DNA of 63,028 bases, counting the filler, from Octopus bimaculoides (taxonomy: Eukaryota), in NCBI RefSeq assembly GCF_001194135.2. It is 3 parts of 3 records of this genome, joined end to end, with 100 filler letters (N's around TTAATTAATTAA, not from the genome) between each part and the next. Parts side by side here need not be neighbours in the genome. Positions count along the whole stretch, not along the records: positions 42,449 to 63,028 come from NC_068983.1; 2 more parts are not named here. The stretch is one strand, 5' to 3'. The position numbers were made by a program, and so were the translations under genes. Below, piece after piece: positions 61,361 through 63,028 of this stretch (position 1 is its first letter; each line of letters opens with the position of its first letter). The notes under the pieces are model-generated. The model was not told where the DNA came from, did no database searches, and saw only the letters and a program-made list of their open reading frames with translations.

Positions 61361-61770
61361 AAGGCGGCGAGCAAGCAGAATCGTTAAAGATAAACGTAAA
61401 GCTACCTTCTCGAGTCATGTCGACTCATAAGGGCCGGTTTTATGGCGTATATATTCCCCACCTGGATGGGATGCCGGTCCGTCGCAGGATTTCTTATTTT
61501 TGCCAGCTGAGTGGACTGGAGCAACCTGAAATAAAGAGTTTTGCTCAAGAACACAACGCGTCACCCGGTCCAGGAATTGAAACCACAATTTTATGATCAT
61601 AAGGCGAACACCCTAACCACTAAGCCACGTGCCTCCACTGCAGAATCGTTAACACACCGGACAAAATGCTTAGCGGCATTTCGCCTGTCCTTACGTTCTG
61701 AATTCAGACTATACCGAAGTCGACTTTGCCTTTCATCCTTTTGGGATCGATGAAACGAGTACTAGTCAAA
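61361..61770 (+). mobile_element. SINE family D split by the insertion at 61388-61639
   Basis: AAGGCGGCGAGCAAGCAGAATCGTTAA ... GCAGAATCGTTAACACACCGGACAAAATGCTTAGCGGCATTTCG. Confidence 0.8.
61388..61639 (-). mobile_element. SINE with C-type central domain and distinct tail, flanked by a perfect 13-bp TSD
   Basis: GCAGAATCGTTAA at 61375-61387 and 61640-61652. Head GTGGAGGCACGTGGCTTAGTGGTTAGGG on the minus strand. Confidence 0.85.
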
Positions 61771-62069
61771 AGACACCGACAGATTAACCCGTTACCTACC
61801 AGTGATCGCATACAAATTTCGTAATTATCTGTCAATATTTACACATATCTAACCGTTTTGCTATATCTACTACGTATATTTCTCTGATATTCAAATGAGG
61901 TTTGCTAATTTTTCACCCAATATCTCGCTTGTTTCTATTTAAAATGTTATTTTGAAGTGTTATTTTGATCATTCCAGCGTGTTTCTAAGGCTGTTTTATG
62001 CTAGAAATCAAAGTTTCATAAAAAAATTCCAGTTAACAGAATTATGGGAGGAAATGGGTTAAATATCAA

Positions 62070-62170
62070 GCTTAAAAATAAGTACTGGGGTTAAGTTGTT
62101 CGATTAAACACTCCAATGTGGGGCCCCAGCATGGCTTCAATCAAATGACTGAAACAAGTTAAAGGAAAAG
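62070..62170 (+). mobile_element. SINE family B 3' tail fragment
   Basis: AATAAGTACTGGGG...CCAGCATGGC...CAAATGACTGAAACAAGT. Confidence 0.65.
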
Positions 62171-63028
62171 AATAGAGATAAAAGAAATCAAAGGACGCCC
62201 TTTGCAAGAAAAAGATATAGTTAAGTCAGGGTTAATGTAATGATTATAATTATTTCTGATTAGCTTTCTGATTCTCCCTGCAATAAGTGTAGAGGCAGTA
62301 AAACTTAACAACTGACTTTAAACCTAATTATTGACTTTTAACTCGACTATTGACTTAACCGTTATTTGACGGAAGATGGTGTCCCTGAGTAAGATCCTTA
62401 AACGATTTTACTCATTTATAAATGTCAGGCCTTTATCAAATATAGAAAATACTAACTCCTCTTCCTCCTCCTCCTCCTCCTCCTCCTCCTCCNNNNNNNN
62501 NNNNNNNNNNNNNNNNNCACATTGATAGATTTAAACGACCACACGCATTCAAATATTCTTACCTATATACTCACATACACAAACAACACACACACACACA
62601 CACGCACGCACACGCACACGCACACACACGCACACACACACACACACACACACGACCACTTGTAATAGGTCTGGTGTAATTCTATATTATTTTTTATTCA
62701 GTTCAACAGCAGGACACACAATCTCTCTCATACACATACATACATATATATATATATACATACATACATGTACACGCGCACACATACACACGCACATATG
62801 TATTTGTATGCGCTTATGTATTTGTATACACATATATAAACATGATTATACAAGCAAAAATATATAATCAGAAAGTAATGCATACATAAAATTCCATCAC
62901 TTTTTGACGCAGCATTGCACGCGCGTATGTATGTATGTATGTATGTATGTATGTATGTATGTATGTATGTATGGGCGTTCATGTGTATATATATATAAAT
63001 ATTTATATCAAATTTATATATATATATA

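Overview
This is AT-rich, repeat-dense eukaryotic genomic DNA with many N gaps. It is almost certainly octopus: the SINE families, microsatellite load and 44N-TTAATTAATTAA-44N gap linkers suggest an Octopus bimaculoides-type draft assembly (inferred, not database-confirmed). I found no intact recognisable host gene, so the window reads as a large intron or intergenic region. It contains about 30 tRNA-derived SINE copies from at least four modular families, which I label A to D. It also holds decayed remnants of Penelope-like, RTE, CR1-like, L1/Tx1-like and R4/Dong-like retroelements, a Gypsy (Mag-like) pol, three Tc1/mariner lineages, two hAT MITEs with TSDs, a tandem non-autonomous Helitron-like element and two TTAGGG-bearing elements. 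The most notable observations are: a SINE whose 3' tail matches the 3' end of a Tx1-like LINE in the same window; that LINE inserted into a SINE tRNA head with a TSD; an A-B-A'-B'(inverted) fold-back at about 36 kb; and one unexplained candidate coding exon at 50.2-50.5 kb on the minus strand. Nearly all long ORFs in the supplied track are artefacts of N runs or microsatellites. Family assignments come from motif recognition by eye, most boundaries are approximate (about +/-20 bp), and nothing here establishes a new biological system without further checks.
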